Counted from the first letter of the stretch, positions 27,609-41,970 are shown. The stretch: 64,000 nt of DNA from Octopus vulgaris (GCA_951406725.2 OX597834.1:29512001-29576000); one strand, 5' to 3'. The notes: generated by a model from the letters alone, not told the origin. Translations and numbers: made by a program.

Positions 27609-28094
27609 CATGTGCGTGCATGTGTGTGTGTGTGTGTGTGTGTGCATGTGCGAGCGTGTGTGTGTGTGTGTGTGTGTGAATCATCTCCTTCATAGTTCAA
27701 CAAACACACGAGAAATTATCGATCCCACTGCACAAGCAATATGAGTAAATGTCTTCTGCCATACCTTTAGGTCAACCAATACCTCGTGGGTGAAATTTGA
27801 CTGACGGAAACTGTGCAGAAGCCTATTAATCGACAGCTTCCCACAATCCGTAATCTGATATTTGTTAAGAAAAACTGGTGTAAATGAAAAGCTTGTTTGT
27901 GCTAATGAAACGCTATGTAAGAAATGCACAGGGATGCTGTCAGCAAAGTCAGAGTTAAAGACCGAGAGATTCTCTTGCAGGATGAGGGGCGGATTGTACG
28001 ATATTTGAGAATGAAGAGTAATTTTCAATGGACATTGGAACACAACGGATATGAAAAGACTCGAGAGAAATGAAGCAACATATGCTCTAGTTGA

Positions 28095-28481
28095 TGTGGA
28101 TGGAAGCACTCCGTCGGTTACGGTGACAAGGGTTCCGGTTGATCCAATCAACGGAACAGCCTGCTCGTGACATTAACATGTAAGTGGCTGAGCACTCCAC
28201 AGACACGTGTACCTTTAACGTAGTTCTCGGGGATATTCAGCGTGACACATAGAGTGACAAGGCCGGCCCTTTGAAATACAGGTACAACAGAAACAGGAAG
28301 TAAGAGTGAGAGAAAGTTGTGGTGAAAGAGTACAGCAGGGATCACCACCATCCCTGCCAGAGCCTCGTGGAGCTTTAGGTGTTTTCGCTCAATAAACACT
28401 CACAACGCTCGGTCTGGGAATCGAAACCGCGATCCTACGACCACGACTCCGCTGCCCTAACCACTGGGCCATTGCACCTCC
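28095..28481 (-). mobile_element. tRNA-derived SINE family D
   Basis: Minus-strand head ggaggtgcaaTGGCCCAGTGGttagg (A box)...GGTTTCGATTCCc (B box), followed by a roughly 300-bp non-tRNA body. Confidence 0.72.
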
Positions 28482-31073
28482 TAAGTTGATGTGTAACGTC
28501 AGTGGAGACACAGAGGGTGTAAAATGCACGAATGAAGATTGTATTGGTAGAAATCATTCATAGATATGAACGGTGAGTGTTGGGCAAAAGAAGAGCCGAG
28601 AGAGTTGAGTGAAAGGAGCCTTTGTAGAGGAGGTAGAAAGAAAGACTGACCTCATCACAGTGAGACTCGTGAAGAGGAAGACAAGAAACCATAAGAGCTG
28701 AGATACTGAATATAAAAGACTCATCCAACCCATGCCAGGATGGAAAAACGGATGAAAAATGAGAATGAAGATAATATATATATGGATCTTGATTTTTGTC
28801 ATTTGTGATGTGGATAACATAAGAAGCAGGCATTTACTGTGGTCAGTATAAGTGACCAAAGCACTTGAAGGCAATACCTTACCATGGCTGTAGTCCACTT
28901 ACACACAGCTACATTTAATTATGCATATGTCAATGTATGTACTAGTGTCATGATTAAATGTACCCATAGCCAGTACACTGTACACACACACACACACACA
29001 CACATGCTAAGGTGCAAGCATGGCTGTGTGGTAAGAAGCACGTTTCCTAAGCACGTGATTTTGGGTTCAGTCCCACTATGTGACACCTTGGGAGAGTGTC
29101 TTCTGCTATAGCCCCAGGCTGACCAAAGCCCTGTGAGTGGATTTGATAAGCAAAAACTAAAAGAAACATGCCATGTGTGTGTATGTGTTTTCTGTTTATC
29201 CCCCCCCCACCATCCCTTGACAGCCAGTGTTGGTTTGTTTACATCCCTGTAATTTGGCAGTTCTGCAAATCTGACTGACAGGATAAGCACCAAGCCTTGA
29301 AGTAATAAGCACATGAAAGGCCTAAGAAAGAAAGGGTTGTCTTAAAGGGGTGGTGTGTTTGTGGGAGGGTGCGGAAAGACCGTTTTGCAGCAAAGCCGGC
29401 TGGCTGACCACTGGCCACTGTGGTATGAAATTGTATTAGCTAATCATCTTGGTTGTATTTGCGTTATTATTGTGTCAGATGTAACATAAAGCTAACGTAT
29501 CACTAATTAAGTCATTACAAGAGAAGACAGTCACTTAAATACCATCACTGTTCTTACATCAACTAGAGACACCACCACCACCACCACCATCACAGTAACA
29601 ACAATACTAATAAATACAGTAAGGAAGCCTGTATGCAGACACTTAACATGCTAGAAATAGCAGCCAATTCCTCCTTAAATCACAACTTGCTGTCTTGGAG
29701 ACGGTGGGACACATTGGAAAATGGTAGTCCTAGATACAACTCCCATAAGAAATTTGGCAAGGTAGAACAAGACTACTTTCAGAATCTAGGAGTAGCAGCT
29801 ATTTTTTAAATTCAAGGGGTCTGCATGTGGGTTTTGGGGGGCTTTTGTTGCTGTTTTTTGTGGGGATGGTGGAAGTAGCTGGCAGAAAAATCATTTGCTT
29901 CTCTTTTACCCTCTGAATCTCCTGCTAAGAAGTCTGGTTATTAAATACCCAAAGAGACAGTCATGGCAAGAATGCCTCTTTGATCATGGGTTGTTCAATC
30001 GAGGCTGGGCCATGGTTTCACAAGAACATCAACTGCTGCATTTCCAACACCATCACCAAGAAACACCACATCCACAGCCATCGCCATCACCATCATAATA
30101 GCCACAATAAAACCCCTCAACTTACTTTCTCCAGCACTACCACAATAACTACAACCACCACCACCACCACCACCAACAACAACAACAGCAACAACAACAA
30201 CCACTGACAACAATGAAATCTCTCTCGGTACCTTCACTAGCACTACAACAATAACAATAGCATCATGAGTAAATACCACCACCACCACCACCACCACCAC
30301 AACAAAAACAACAACAACAACAACAAAACCTATCTCTCTCGGTACCTTCACTAGCACTACAACAATAGCATCATGAGTAAATACCACCACCACCACCACC
30401 ACTGCAGCAGCCGCCGCCACCACCACCACCACAACAAAAACAACAACAACAACAATAAAACCTATCTCAATAAATTCACCAGGACTATCACAACAATAAC
30501 AACAGCACCATCGGGATAACCATCGTTGTCACCACCACCACCACCACCACCTAACTACCACAACCACCACCACCACCACCACCGCCGCAACCACCACCAC
30601 CACCACCACCACCACCACCACCGCAACCACCACCACCGCCGCCACCACCACCACCGCACCACAACCACCACCACCACCACCACCATTACCACCACCGCCG
30701 CAACCACCACCACCACCACCATTACCATCATCACGGAAGCAACTTAGATTAAACGAAGCTAAATAACAAGGAATTTCATCTGCTGATATATTAGCTTTGT
30801 TTGGGTTAGGAAGACATCAAAATAAGATTATGGCTAAGTGCTCTAATCCATTTCTTCGGAACTTTTTCCATCGGCATCATGAAGACCAAAGCAACACGTT
30901 GATGCTTTCTTGTAGTTGTCAAGGTTTCTCCTGGATCTTAATAATAACATTGTCTTATTGTTGTTCGTCTTCAGAATTCTCTCTTCATATTCTTAGTTCA
31001 GTTTCAATATTTCAAATATCTAATTCTCTTCTCACTTTTCATTCTCATTTTTATCTCCAAGACTGATTCAAAT

Positions 31074-31647
31074 ACTCTTTTACCCTCTTTTTACTCTTTT
31101 ACTTGTTTCAGTCATTTGACTGCGGCCATGCTGGAGCACCGCCTTTAGTCGAGCAACTCAACCCCGGGACTTATTTTTTTGTAAGCCCAGTACCTTCTTG
31201 TGTCTTTAAAACACCTCTGCCCGAGGAGGCCCTATCACTCTTTACTCATTACTCTTTTACTTGTTTCAGTCATTTGACTGCGGCCATACTGGAGCACCGC
31301 CTTTAGTCGAGCAAATCGACCCCGGAACTTATTCTTTTGTAAGCCCAGTACTTATTCTATCGGTCTCTTTTGCCGAACCTCTAAGTGACGGGGATGTAAA
31401 CACACCAGCATCGGTTGTCAAGCAATGCTAGGGGGACAAACACAGACACACAAACACACACATATATATATATATACATATACACGACAGGCTTCTTTCA
31501 GTTTCCGTCTACCAAATCCACTCACAAGGCATTGGTCGGCCCGGGGCTATAGCAGAAGACACTTGCCCAAAATGCCACGCAGTGGGACTGAACCCGGAAC
31601 CATGTGGTTGGTTAGCAAGCTACTTACCACACAGCCACTCCTGCGCC
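31074..31647 (-). mobile_element. SINE family A full copy preceded by an extra partial 3' end
   Basis: Full copy at about 31237-31647, and a second 3' portion at 31074-31192. Confidence 0.85.
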
Positions 31648-32083
31648 TGCATTCATTTTTATTTTATTTTAATTCATCGTTTAGTTTGTTGTGGAAAGTG
31701 TTTGCGTCTCTTTGTGTTGGCATTGTGTGGGAGTTGCAAAATGAGCTTCACCCGTTATACAAGTGATCTCCTTTGCTCACAATATTTCATGAAAATGTGG
31801 CCACTCATGAGGAAATATTACCTGGTTTAGAAGCAGGTGAGCATCTCCTACAGATAATTTGCCCCAAAGAATGAGCATGACATACATATATACATAGATA
31901 TGCATACATACATACATACATACACACACATGTATATATATATAAATTAAATTAGAGATAAAACCACTATTAGGCAACTCAAACAGTGATAGACATAGAC
32001 ATAAACCAAAACAAAAAAAACAAAAAATAAATATAATTAATATAATATATAATATATATATAAAATATAAAATTTAAAATATA

Positions 32084-32293
32084 CCTCGTCTGGCACCTGT
32101 GTCGGTGGCACATAAAATCACCCACTACACTCTCGGAGTGGTTGGCGTTAGGAAGGGCATCCAGCTGTAGAAACACTGCCAGATCTGACTGGCCTGGTGC
32201 AGCCTTCGGGCTTGCCAGACCCCAGTTGAACCGTCCAACCCATGCTAGCATGGAAAGCGGACGTTAAACGATGATGATGATGATGATGATGAT
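32084..32293 (+). mobile_element. Family B retroposon copy
   Basis: Almost identical to 6718-6930. Confidence 0.8.
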
Positions 32294-32594
32294 ATATACA
32301 TACATACATATACATGCATACATACGTATATAAACATACATATATACATGTATATATATATTTATATATACATACATATACATACATGCATACACATACA
32401 CACATGCACATACATATATATAATTTATGTAATATATTTTATATACATATATATATATAATTCAGAGATGATACTGAGAAAATTCAGAGTGCCAACAGTG
32501 TATTCTCTAAACTACAATAAAAAAAATACATTTATTTGTGTGTATGGGACTTTAATTGTGTGTGTGTGGCATGTGTACAAGTATACACACACTA

Positions 32595-32632
<38 letters not shown>

Positions 32633-33506
32633 ACTTTGAAAGTCTCTGCAAACTTGGAAACAAAATAATAATACAAAAGCTCTTTCCATTCTCATGTCTT
32701 TTATTTTTGTTTGTCTTTTAATCTTAATGTGAAATTCCTTATTCTCTGTGTTGTCCTTACTTGTTGCAGCATGTCACAAAACCATCTAATGAAAAAAAGA
32801 TCAATAGGATAACCTCGCTTCAGACATTACTCTATACTACTTAATTTATTATAGAGGCATTCAAAATTTCCTGGTTTTATCAAAGAAGACAGAGTACAAT
32901 TGCAAAGCTGAAAGAATTCGTTAGCGATACAGTGTCTTCGAAAATTCCTAAGAAAACTTGGTAAAGGTTTAGATCCGATGTGAACCATTCACACAAACAA
33001 TTCTTTGCTAACCAAACTTATTTATGGTAGCATCTTCAGAAGAATTGGGTTTTTGTTTTAGTTCTTTTTTTTTTTTTTGCTATTTTTCTTTTCTTTTTAT
33101 CACATTAGCAACATTACACAATCCTGTTCAACCAACAAAGAAAACTCTATCGAGTTGAATCTCTCACTAGAAATAGCAGCCAATGAGAGAAAAAGAGAAG
33201 GTGAGAGAAAGAGAGATTTTCTATGCGAGCGCCTGATCTGCAAGAAATAGCAGCAAAAGTCACACTGACTAGTTTAAATGTATAGTTATATATATATATA
33301 TATATATACCCATCTATATGTACACAAATAAATATATATATAAATAAAAATGAAAAATATATATATATATATATATGGATATAGATCATACTGGTGCTGG
33401 TGATAGTGCCATGTAAAAAGCACTCAGTACAATGTATGTATGTATACATAGAGAAAAACAACATGTTTTCAATCTCTGAGTGAGAGATATACAGTAACAG
33501 TACCAA

Positions 33507-33606
33507 ATAGTAAAGTTTATTTGCCAACAAAATGTGGTGGTCCTTTAAAGAATAATATCATCCTTTATGGGACCACCACATTCTGTTGGCAAATAAACTT
33601 TACTAT
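33507..33606. repeat. Hairpin: 44-bp arms with a 12-nt loop
   Basis: 33507-33550 versus the reverse complement of 33563-33606: 3 differences. Confidence 0.92.
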
Positions 33607-33667
33607 ATATACATGCATGTACATATATGCATATACATACATATACACACACATATACATATACAAG

Positions 33668-34418
33668 TGAGGTGTAGGCAAAAAGTATCTTCGTGTCTGT
33701 AGATTGTGCTCACAGTAATGTATTGGGTACAGACGTGAAGAGTGTGCTGTGCAATTTTCTTTTTTGAGTCAAGATGACTGAGCATATTGAGCAAAGATAC
33801 TGTATCAAATTCTGCCCAAAACTTGGTGATACGCAAGACCAGACTATTGAGAAGATTCAGAAGGCCTTTGGAGATGACGCTATGGGAAAAACACAAAGGG
33901 GTGGTACAACCAGTTCAAAGATGGCCACACCTCAGTGGACAGTGAGCTACACTGTGGCCAGATAAATACCAAAGAATACTACCTGGGGGTTCTTCGTTAC
34001 CTTTGTGAAGCTGTGTGGTGAAATCAACCTGACCTGTGGACAGCAAAGAACTGGCAACTCCACCATGACAACGCACATGCTCATTCCAACCATGTCGTCA
34101 AAGCATTCCTTGTCAAACGAAATACACCACTTGTTCATCAGGTTTCCGACTCCCCAAACTTGACTATGTGACTTTTGGCTATTCTCAAAGCTCAAAAAAA
34201 CACTCAAAGGGAGAAGATTTTAGTCAACAGAGGACAGCTCTGCCTCTGCAGCATCCCAAAAAGTGATTTCCAGAAATGTTTTCAGCAGGAGCAGGAATGC
34301 TGGCAGAAGTGTGTAGACTCCCAAGATGAATGCTTTGAAGGAGACTAAATCAAAATGGTGAGTTTTTTAATATTATTTGTCTTTTAGCTAAGGGTTGGAT
34401 ATTTTTCGACTACAACTC

Positions 34419-34419
<1 letters not shown>
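33668..34419 (+). mobile_element. Decayed, internally deleted mariner (Tc1/mariner) DNA transposon
   Basis: N-terminal MTEHIEQRYCIKFCPKLGDTQDQTIEKIQKAFGDDAM (mariner HTH) from 33774. The C-terminal part reads WQLHHDNAHAH...SPNLTMCDFWLFSKLKKTLKGRRF with stops and frameshifts. Imperfect TIRs gaggtgtaggcaaaaagtatc / gatatttttcgactacaactc match at 17/21, with TA at the right end. Confidence 0.88.
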
Positions 34420-34450
<31 letters not shown>

Positions 34451-35905
34451 TTTGAAAGGAGTACAATTGTAAACGATGATTAAATACTTAAAAATTTTTC
34501 CATTCTCCTATTTCAATATATATATATATATACACACACACACAGTGGAATTTGAACTCACAACACAAAGATAGATGAACCGCTGCTAAACATTGGTTTC
34601 ATGCTACGAAAATATCTTAATTTTTCAAGCAAAAATATATATATATATTAAAACAGAAGGTGAAATAATTTTGGAATATCTGTAGTTTAATATCCTGTCT
34701 CAACTTTGTTTTTCCTCACAGGTTACAAACTATGCCCTATTCTAACATCTCTCAATCCACCAAAATATTGCCATGGTCCCCAGCATTTTGAAATGTTTAC
34801 ATAACTATTAATGTTAATAATTTTTTTCAAATAATTTTTTTTTTACTCAAACAAAGTTACACATTTTGAAAGGAGTACAATTGATTATTTCAACAGCATT
34901 TGAGAGTGATCAAATACTTAACTGGTATTTAGTTTATTAACATGAAAATGGAAGGCTTGATATATAAAGTTAACATTTAGCCAACTATAATACAAACCAA
35001 ATGTGTATCATAATTGTAGCTATCTCACCTTCCATTATTTAAGACTGTAGGGTGTGACATGTCAGGATTTGGTTGATCTTTCTAGCAAGCTGAGCAACTA
35101 CATAGAGGCTCCCTTGCTTAGCCCCTCACATTTACACACACACACACATCAGATCAGATAGAGGAAGCAAGATAAGTTTTCAAAAGCACTCAATTACTGT
35201 TATATTATGCTTTATTTTGTGATGTGTCAAAAATATTTTCATTGCATTTTTTGTGTATTTTATAACGAGGTCACAAACATTATCACACTGCGAAGTTAAA
35301 AAGAAAAAAAAGAAAATATACAATATACGAAAAAGAAAATATACAAAATGCTGTTTACACTTGGGAATCATTTAAAAACTCAAGCATACTTTATGAGATG
35401 CGTACTTTTAAATTTATTTTTCTTAATTAACATTTGTTGGGAGTGAGATAGGGGAAGTATTTAGAATTGTTTATTTAACAAGTGTGAGGTGATTATTTTA
35501 AAGTTTTTTTAAAAAATATATATCTAAGTGTAGATAATTATCTTTGAAAAATTTTTTTTAAAAAAAATGTTTCTTGCTTTAAAATATTTGGCTCTATTCA
35601 ATTTTAAATGTAAAAACAATTTTGACATTTGCTAAATTTCTAGTGACAAACAAAAAAGAAAGAGAAAAAGAAAATCCAACAATGGAATTCAGCTTATATC
35701 AAAGAAAATTAACAGAATTAAGAAACAAAATTGAAAATATAATTGATTAGATATATTAAAATGTCCATTTTGTACAGTTTTGTGTACTAAAATATTCTTC
35801 TGTGTGCCAGTTACTTTGGGTAATAGAATATTCATGAATACAAGATATCCAAACAACAAAATATTTTACCTCAAAGTAGAGAGCAATGAGGAATGGTTAT
35901 TGAAA

Positions 35906-35954
<49 letters not shown>

Positions 35955-36669
35955 TGTGTGTTAAGGCATTCACTCCACACCCACATGGTCTCAGGTTCAG
36001 TCCCACTGCTCAGCACTTTGGTCAAGTGTCTTCTACTCTTGTACTGGACTGACAAATGCATTTCGAAGACAGAAACTGTGTAGAAGCTGTCATGTGTGTC
36101 TATAGAGTGTCTATGTACATAACATATGTGTGTGTTGTATGTGTGTGTGTGTGTGTTTAGGTCATTGTGTTTGTTTTTGTCCTCCATCCCCTATCACATG
36201 ACAATCGGTGTTGCTTTGTTAACATCCCTGAAACTTCAAGCTTTCGCAAAAGCAACAAATAGAAAAAAGTCCCAAACCTAAAAACTAAGGATACTGAAAT
36301 CGATTTGTTAAACTAAACCTTTCAAAGTGGTGCCCCAGCATGGCCACTGTCCAATGACTGAAACCCCCCCCAAAAAAAAACAAAACAAATTAAAAGACAA
36401 TGCTGAGACAAGCCCTGTTTCTGTTCAATGCTTGCTTTTGATTTACCCCCGTTTGGAATGAATTAAGGTTTGAACAGGATGAAATAAAGAAGAGGGCTAT
36501 CTGGGACTTACTGATTCTTTTTTTGTTAAAATGCCTCCGCAGAACTTGATTGGATGATAAAAGGAAGTGATACAAGCATATTTGGTATAGGATTTAGATG
36601 TACATTAAATGCAACACGCCCCCATAGATCTAATCAAAGGTGTAATATATTTAGTATCTATCACCATAT

Positions 36670-36818
36670 AGGCACAGGTATGACTGCGTGGTAAGAGATT
36701 TGCTTCCCAACCATATGGTTCCAGGTTCAGTCCTACTTGTGGCAATTTGGGTGAAGCCTTTTTGAGTGGATTTAGTGGATTTAGTATGGAAAGCAGCCCA
36801 TCATATATACATGTATGT

Positions 36819-36850
<32 letters not shown>

Positions 36851-37045
36851 TTGTCCCCTACCACTACTTGACAACCAGTGTTGGTGTGTTTACGTCCCCC
36901 GTAACTTAACAGTTCATCAAAAGAGATCAACAGAATAAGTACCAGGCTTCAAAACATGAGCTCTTGGTGTCAATTCATTTAACTAAAAATTCTGCAAGGC
37001 AGTGCCCCAGCATGGCCAGGGTCTAATGACTGAAACAAGTAAAAT
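36670..37045 (+). mobile_element. SINE family A copy (diverged)
   Basis: Head, body and tail motifs of family A. Confidence 0.8.
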
Positions 37046-37231
37046 AAAAATAAAAAAAAAGATATATAAGTATTTATTCATAGAAATTGAGAAACTCTTC
37101 AGAATGTATTTTCGCTTGATCTATGGAAAGCACAATTTGGGGAGATCCGAAATGAAATCTACTGGGAGTAACTTTGTCTCTCAGGACTTGAACTCAGGAT
37201 GCAAATGGCATTACCAAATGCATAAAGCTTT

Positions 37232-37626
37232 TACTCTTTTACTTGTTTCAGTCATTTGACTGCGGCCATGCTGGAGCACCACCTTTAGTCGAGCAAATCG
37301 ACCCCGGGACTTATTCTTTGTAAGCCCAGTACTTATTCTATCGGTCTCTTTTGCCAAACCGCTAGGTGACGGGTACGTAAACACACCAGCATCGGTTATC
37401 AAGCAATGCTAGGGGGACAAACACAGACACACAAACACACACACATATATATATACATATATACGACAGGCTTCTTTCAGTTTCCGTCTACCAAATCCAC
37501 TCACAAGGCATTGGTCGGCCCGGGGCTATAGCAGAACACACTTGCCCAAGATGTCACGCAGTGGGACTGAACCCGGAACCATGTGGTTGGTTAGCAAGCT
37601 ATTTACCACACAGCCACTCCTGCACC
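37232..37626 (-). mobile_element. SINE family A full copy
   Basis: Near-identical to 31237-31647 and the reverse complement of 45242-45648. Confidence 0.87.
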
Positions 37627-38088
37627 TAATGATCTTATAAATCTGTCACACACACATACACACACAGAAAGAAAATAAGTGAGAGAGAGAGAGTGAAAGA
37701 GAGATAATATATGTATGTATCTCTTCGTTTACTCCAAACTGAAGCTTTGCTCTTCGTCCATACTCTGAGTTTCCTATTCTCATGAAGTGCAGTTACAACA
37801 TTAAATATATGTTTCTTTATTAACCACAAGGGGCTAAACATAGAGGGGACAAACAAGGACAGACAAACGAATTAAGTCGATTACATCGACCCCAGTGCGT
37901 AACTGGTACTTAATTTATCAACCTCAAAAGGATGAAAGGCAAAGTCGACCTTGGCGGAATTTGAACCCAGAATGTAACGGCAGACGAAATACGGCTACGC
38001 ATTTCGTCCGGCGTGCTAACGTTTCTGCCAGCTTGCCGCCTTAAATATAAAGAAACTTTATTTCATATAGTGAACACTTTCTTCTCTT

Positions 38089-38125
<37 letters not shown>

Positions 38126-39009
38126 TTTTGCATATATGAGTGTGTACTTGTATATGTGTGTATGTGTGTGTGTGATCTTTATTACTAACTTCTGCATGCA
38201 TTGTATAATCCGTCCCCTGTGTGCAATATGGGTGTTGGTAAAGTTTAAATTACACTTGCAAATATGGTCCTTTGAAATGTATATATATATATGTAAAATG
38301 AACTGTAAACTCACGCATGTGCACACTCACAAATAGTATACAGCACACATAGAAAACACACAAATGTATTTTATTGTCAAGTTTTTGACAAAGGATTTTT
38401 TAAAAAGATGTACACACACATACACACACACAAATGTAGATATATAAAAAATATATATATTTACACACACATTCATACACACACATATGTGCACATATTA
38501 ATGTATACCCAGAACATATTGAAATATATTTTATTGTTAAATTTTCAATAGAAGATATAACACAAAATTTTTTTTTAATGATAATAAAATAAACAAATTT
38601 AATCAAAATATCACAAATTCTTTTGAAATAAATCTTTAAAAGAATGATCTGAAACTATCTGAAAAAATAAATGTTCTTCTATACAATTCATAGATTTCCT
38701 ATATTGATTTCTTCCTTCTCTCTGTCTCTTTCTTTATCCATCTATCTGTCCGCCTGTCTGTCTGTCTACCTATCTGTCTCTCTCTCTCTCTTTATCTATC
38801 TATCAATCTATCTAATTGTATACCTGTCTATCAAACCCTCCGTACATTTATGTGTGTGCGTGTATCAGTGCACGGGGTTTTTTTTCTTCATTGTCTTTTG
38901 TTTCCTTCCTGGCTCTTTCTCACCTGCTTTAGACTTTATTGATCCACTCCGCTTCCTTCTCTTAATGGCCAACACACTAGATGATCGTTTTCCTTTCTAT
39001 CACACATTT

Positions 39010-39065
<56 letters not shown>

Positions 39066-39377
39066 GTCGCTCATCTACACTTAATCACAAAAATAATTCA
39101 CACAAACACAAATTACTTGTTTCTCCTTGCATACAATCACATTTCCTCCACACAAAAGGAAAGCCCATGCATACATACATACATTACATAGATACACATG
39201 CACATACAGCGCACACATGCACACACACATACACATACGTGTATAGAAATATAGATATTCACAAAATATACACCCAACATCAGTATGCGTGCATACTTAT
39301 GCAAACACATGCACATAGAAATAAATGGACCTATTAAAATAAATGACATATCTAAGTATCTTGTGTATGAATACATA

Positions 39378-39409
<32 letters not shown>

Positions 39410-41388
39410 CATATATAAATACATATATATATATATATACATACATATATACATATATATGTACATATATATATACACACATATATATACATATATATAT
39501 ATCATATATATACACATATATATACACACATATATATACATATATATAGACACACTCTCTCGCAGTCCTATATAAATGTTTTTGAGAGACACACACACGC
39601 ACACACACATACAAAACTTCTTTGTATTGAAAATGGATAATTCTTTGAAATATGACTTTAATTCTTCTGGAAAATTTGAGAAGTTTCTTTCATGTATCCT
39701 CTTCATATATCGATAGAAGAATTGAACAAACAAACACACAATCGCATGCATACAATCATACGTACACATGCAGTCATACAATAGCATCCATAAACACACA
39801 TGCACACATGCATGCATACATACATGCACTCACACACACTCATTCATAAGCATATGACAGTGAGTTTTCCATGAAGAAGATACCCAGCAAACGACATCTT
39901 AATGCACGGATGACTGATACAAGCCAACTGGTAAGCCTGTATGTGGTAGCTAGAAATAGTAACTAAATTTCCCTTCTGGTTTTAAAAAAGAACAACGCAT
40001 CAAATAGTGTAGTTGCTACAACAATTTGAAAGCTAGAAATACTGTCACACACACACACACACACACACACATGTGTATACAGTTGCTGAGTAGTGTCCAA
40101 GAGTTTGGAAAGGCCTCCACAGCAATGAGAAGACAGTTTATTTAAATAATGGTTTGGGCCAAAAAGGTAAAGAAGGTTGCAATCAAGAAATAATTGGAAG
40201 TGCATTGTGACCAGTGATGTACAACAACATCCATTAGTATGGTCAATGCAGGTGGTTTGCTTGATTCAGAAAACCCAGACAAAATCTAAAGCAGATTTTC
40301 TACAATCAGAAGCTCTCCCTGTCATCAACCTTCACCTATTTCGAAATATTTCTCCAGTGGCCAGACATGCCTCCAAAGAAGATTGGAGATGAATGATACC
40401 ACTTGTATAACAATGACACTCATTTACAACTATCACACAGTATCAAAACAAGACACACACACATGCACATATGCATCTATACATAGCATATACAATAGGT
40501 TACTTTCAGTTTCTGTTTACCAAATCAACTCACAAGGCAGGGTCAAATGATGACAATAAACTGGACAGGAGATTATGTCTTCCACCCAAGGACACATACA
40601 CACACACACACACACACACATACATACATACATATATATATATATAGACATAGGTTTGTGTTTTTATTCTCTCTCTCTTCAATATAAGGCAGATGTATCT
40701 TAACATTTCTTTCTTGTGTGTGTGTGTGTGTGTGTGACTGTCTGTCTGTCTGTCTGTGTGTGTGTGTGTATGTGTGTCTGAAAATATAGCCTTCATCCTC
40801 TGAAGAAAGAGAGAGAGAGATAGAGAACGATGTACTATGTTTGTCTCTGCATGTGTGTGTGCGTGCACGCATGTGTGTGTAGGTGCGCACATGTGTATGT
40901 GTGCGTGTGTGTGTAGGTGCGCACATGTGTATGTGTGCGTGTGTGTGTAGGTGCGCACATGTGAATGTGTGCGTGTGCGTGTGTATAAGGCAGTATGAAA
41001 ATTTATATATGTATTCATGAGAGGGAAAGAGAAAGAAAATGTAACTTTGTTTTTTGAGGGAGAGGCTCAGACAGTGTGTGTGTGTGTGTATGTACACATT
41101 TCATGTATTTAATGTAATGAATACAGATCATTACAAACACTGACTTAGATATGTATATATATATATATATGGATAATGCAACAACCTATGCATATGTATG
41201 CTCAACAGTATGCATATTCCTGCCCTTCTCATTACGCTCTAATATATTTATATAATTCAATACACATATTTATATTGAATATCAAAATTAGAGTCTAGAT
41301 TTTTGTATGTAGGTATTTTATCTTGAGATAGGACATCCATATTAATATATGCATGAATATATACATGTCTGTATGTGTTTATAATATA

Positions 41389-41429
<41 letters not shown>

Positions 41430-41529
41430 TCATCATCATCGTTTAACGTCTGTTTTCCATGCTAGCATGGGTTGGACGGTTCGACCGGGGTCTGGGAAGC
41501 CAAGAGGCTGCACCAAGCTCCAGTTTGAT

Positions 41530-41970
41530 CTAAAATCCTAATAAGTAGGAAGGCAAAGAAATCACAAATCTCTTCAGGTAGATGGTCCTGCTTGATCTGG
41601 AGAAAAGGCGTAGGTAGAACTTCTATAAGATGTACCCAGTGCAAGCTATAGACACATAAGAGGTGCAGCAATATCAAAGGAAAGTTAACTGGGAAGATAG
41701 TTTTTGTACGTGGCAAATGCTCAGGAGCAATAAACACTGAAAATGTGCCGAGAACAACTTCTGCCACATTCCAGGGAGAAAAATTAGAAGTAGTTGATAG
41801 CCTAGGTGACCAAGTCAGTCGCGGGGGTGGGTGCTCTGAAAGTGTAGCTGCTAGAATAAGAATAGCCTAGGTAAAGTTCCGAGAGCTCCTACCTCTGCGG
41901 GTGACAAAGGGCTTCTCGCTCAGAATATAAGGTAGACTGTATGACGCATGTGTACGAATAGCCATGCTAT
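41530..41970 (+). mobile_element. RTE-clade LINE ORF fragment with a Cys/His-rich (PHD-like) insert
   Basis: GRWSCLIWRKGVGRTSIRCTQCKL*THKRCSNIKGKL...GEKLEVVDSLGDQVSRGGGCSESVAARIRIA*VKFRELLPL...GRLYDACVR. Confidence 0.75.

Noticed and set aside
28410-28481. Possible tRNA genes (also SINE heads at 23793, 45242, 49463, 59077)
   Set aside because: A/B boxes continue into multi-copy SINE bodies, and no complete cloverleaf or terminator is evident.
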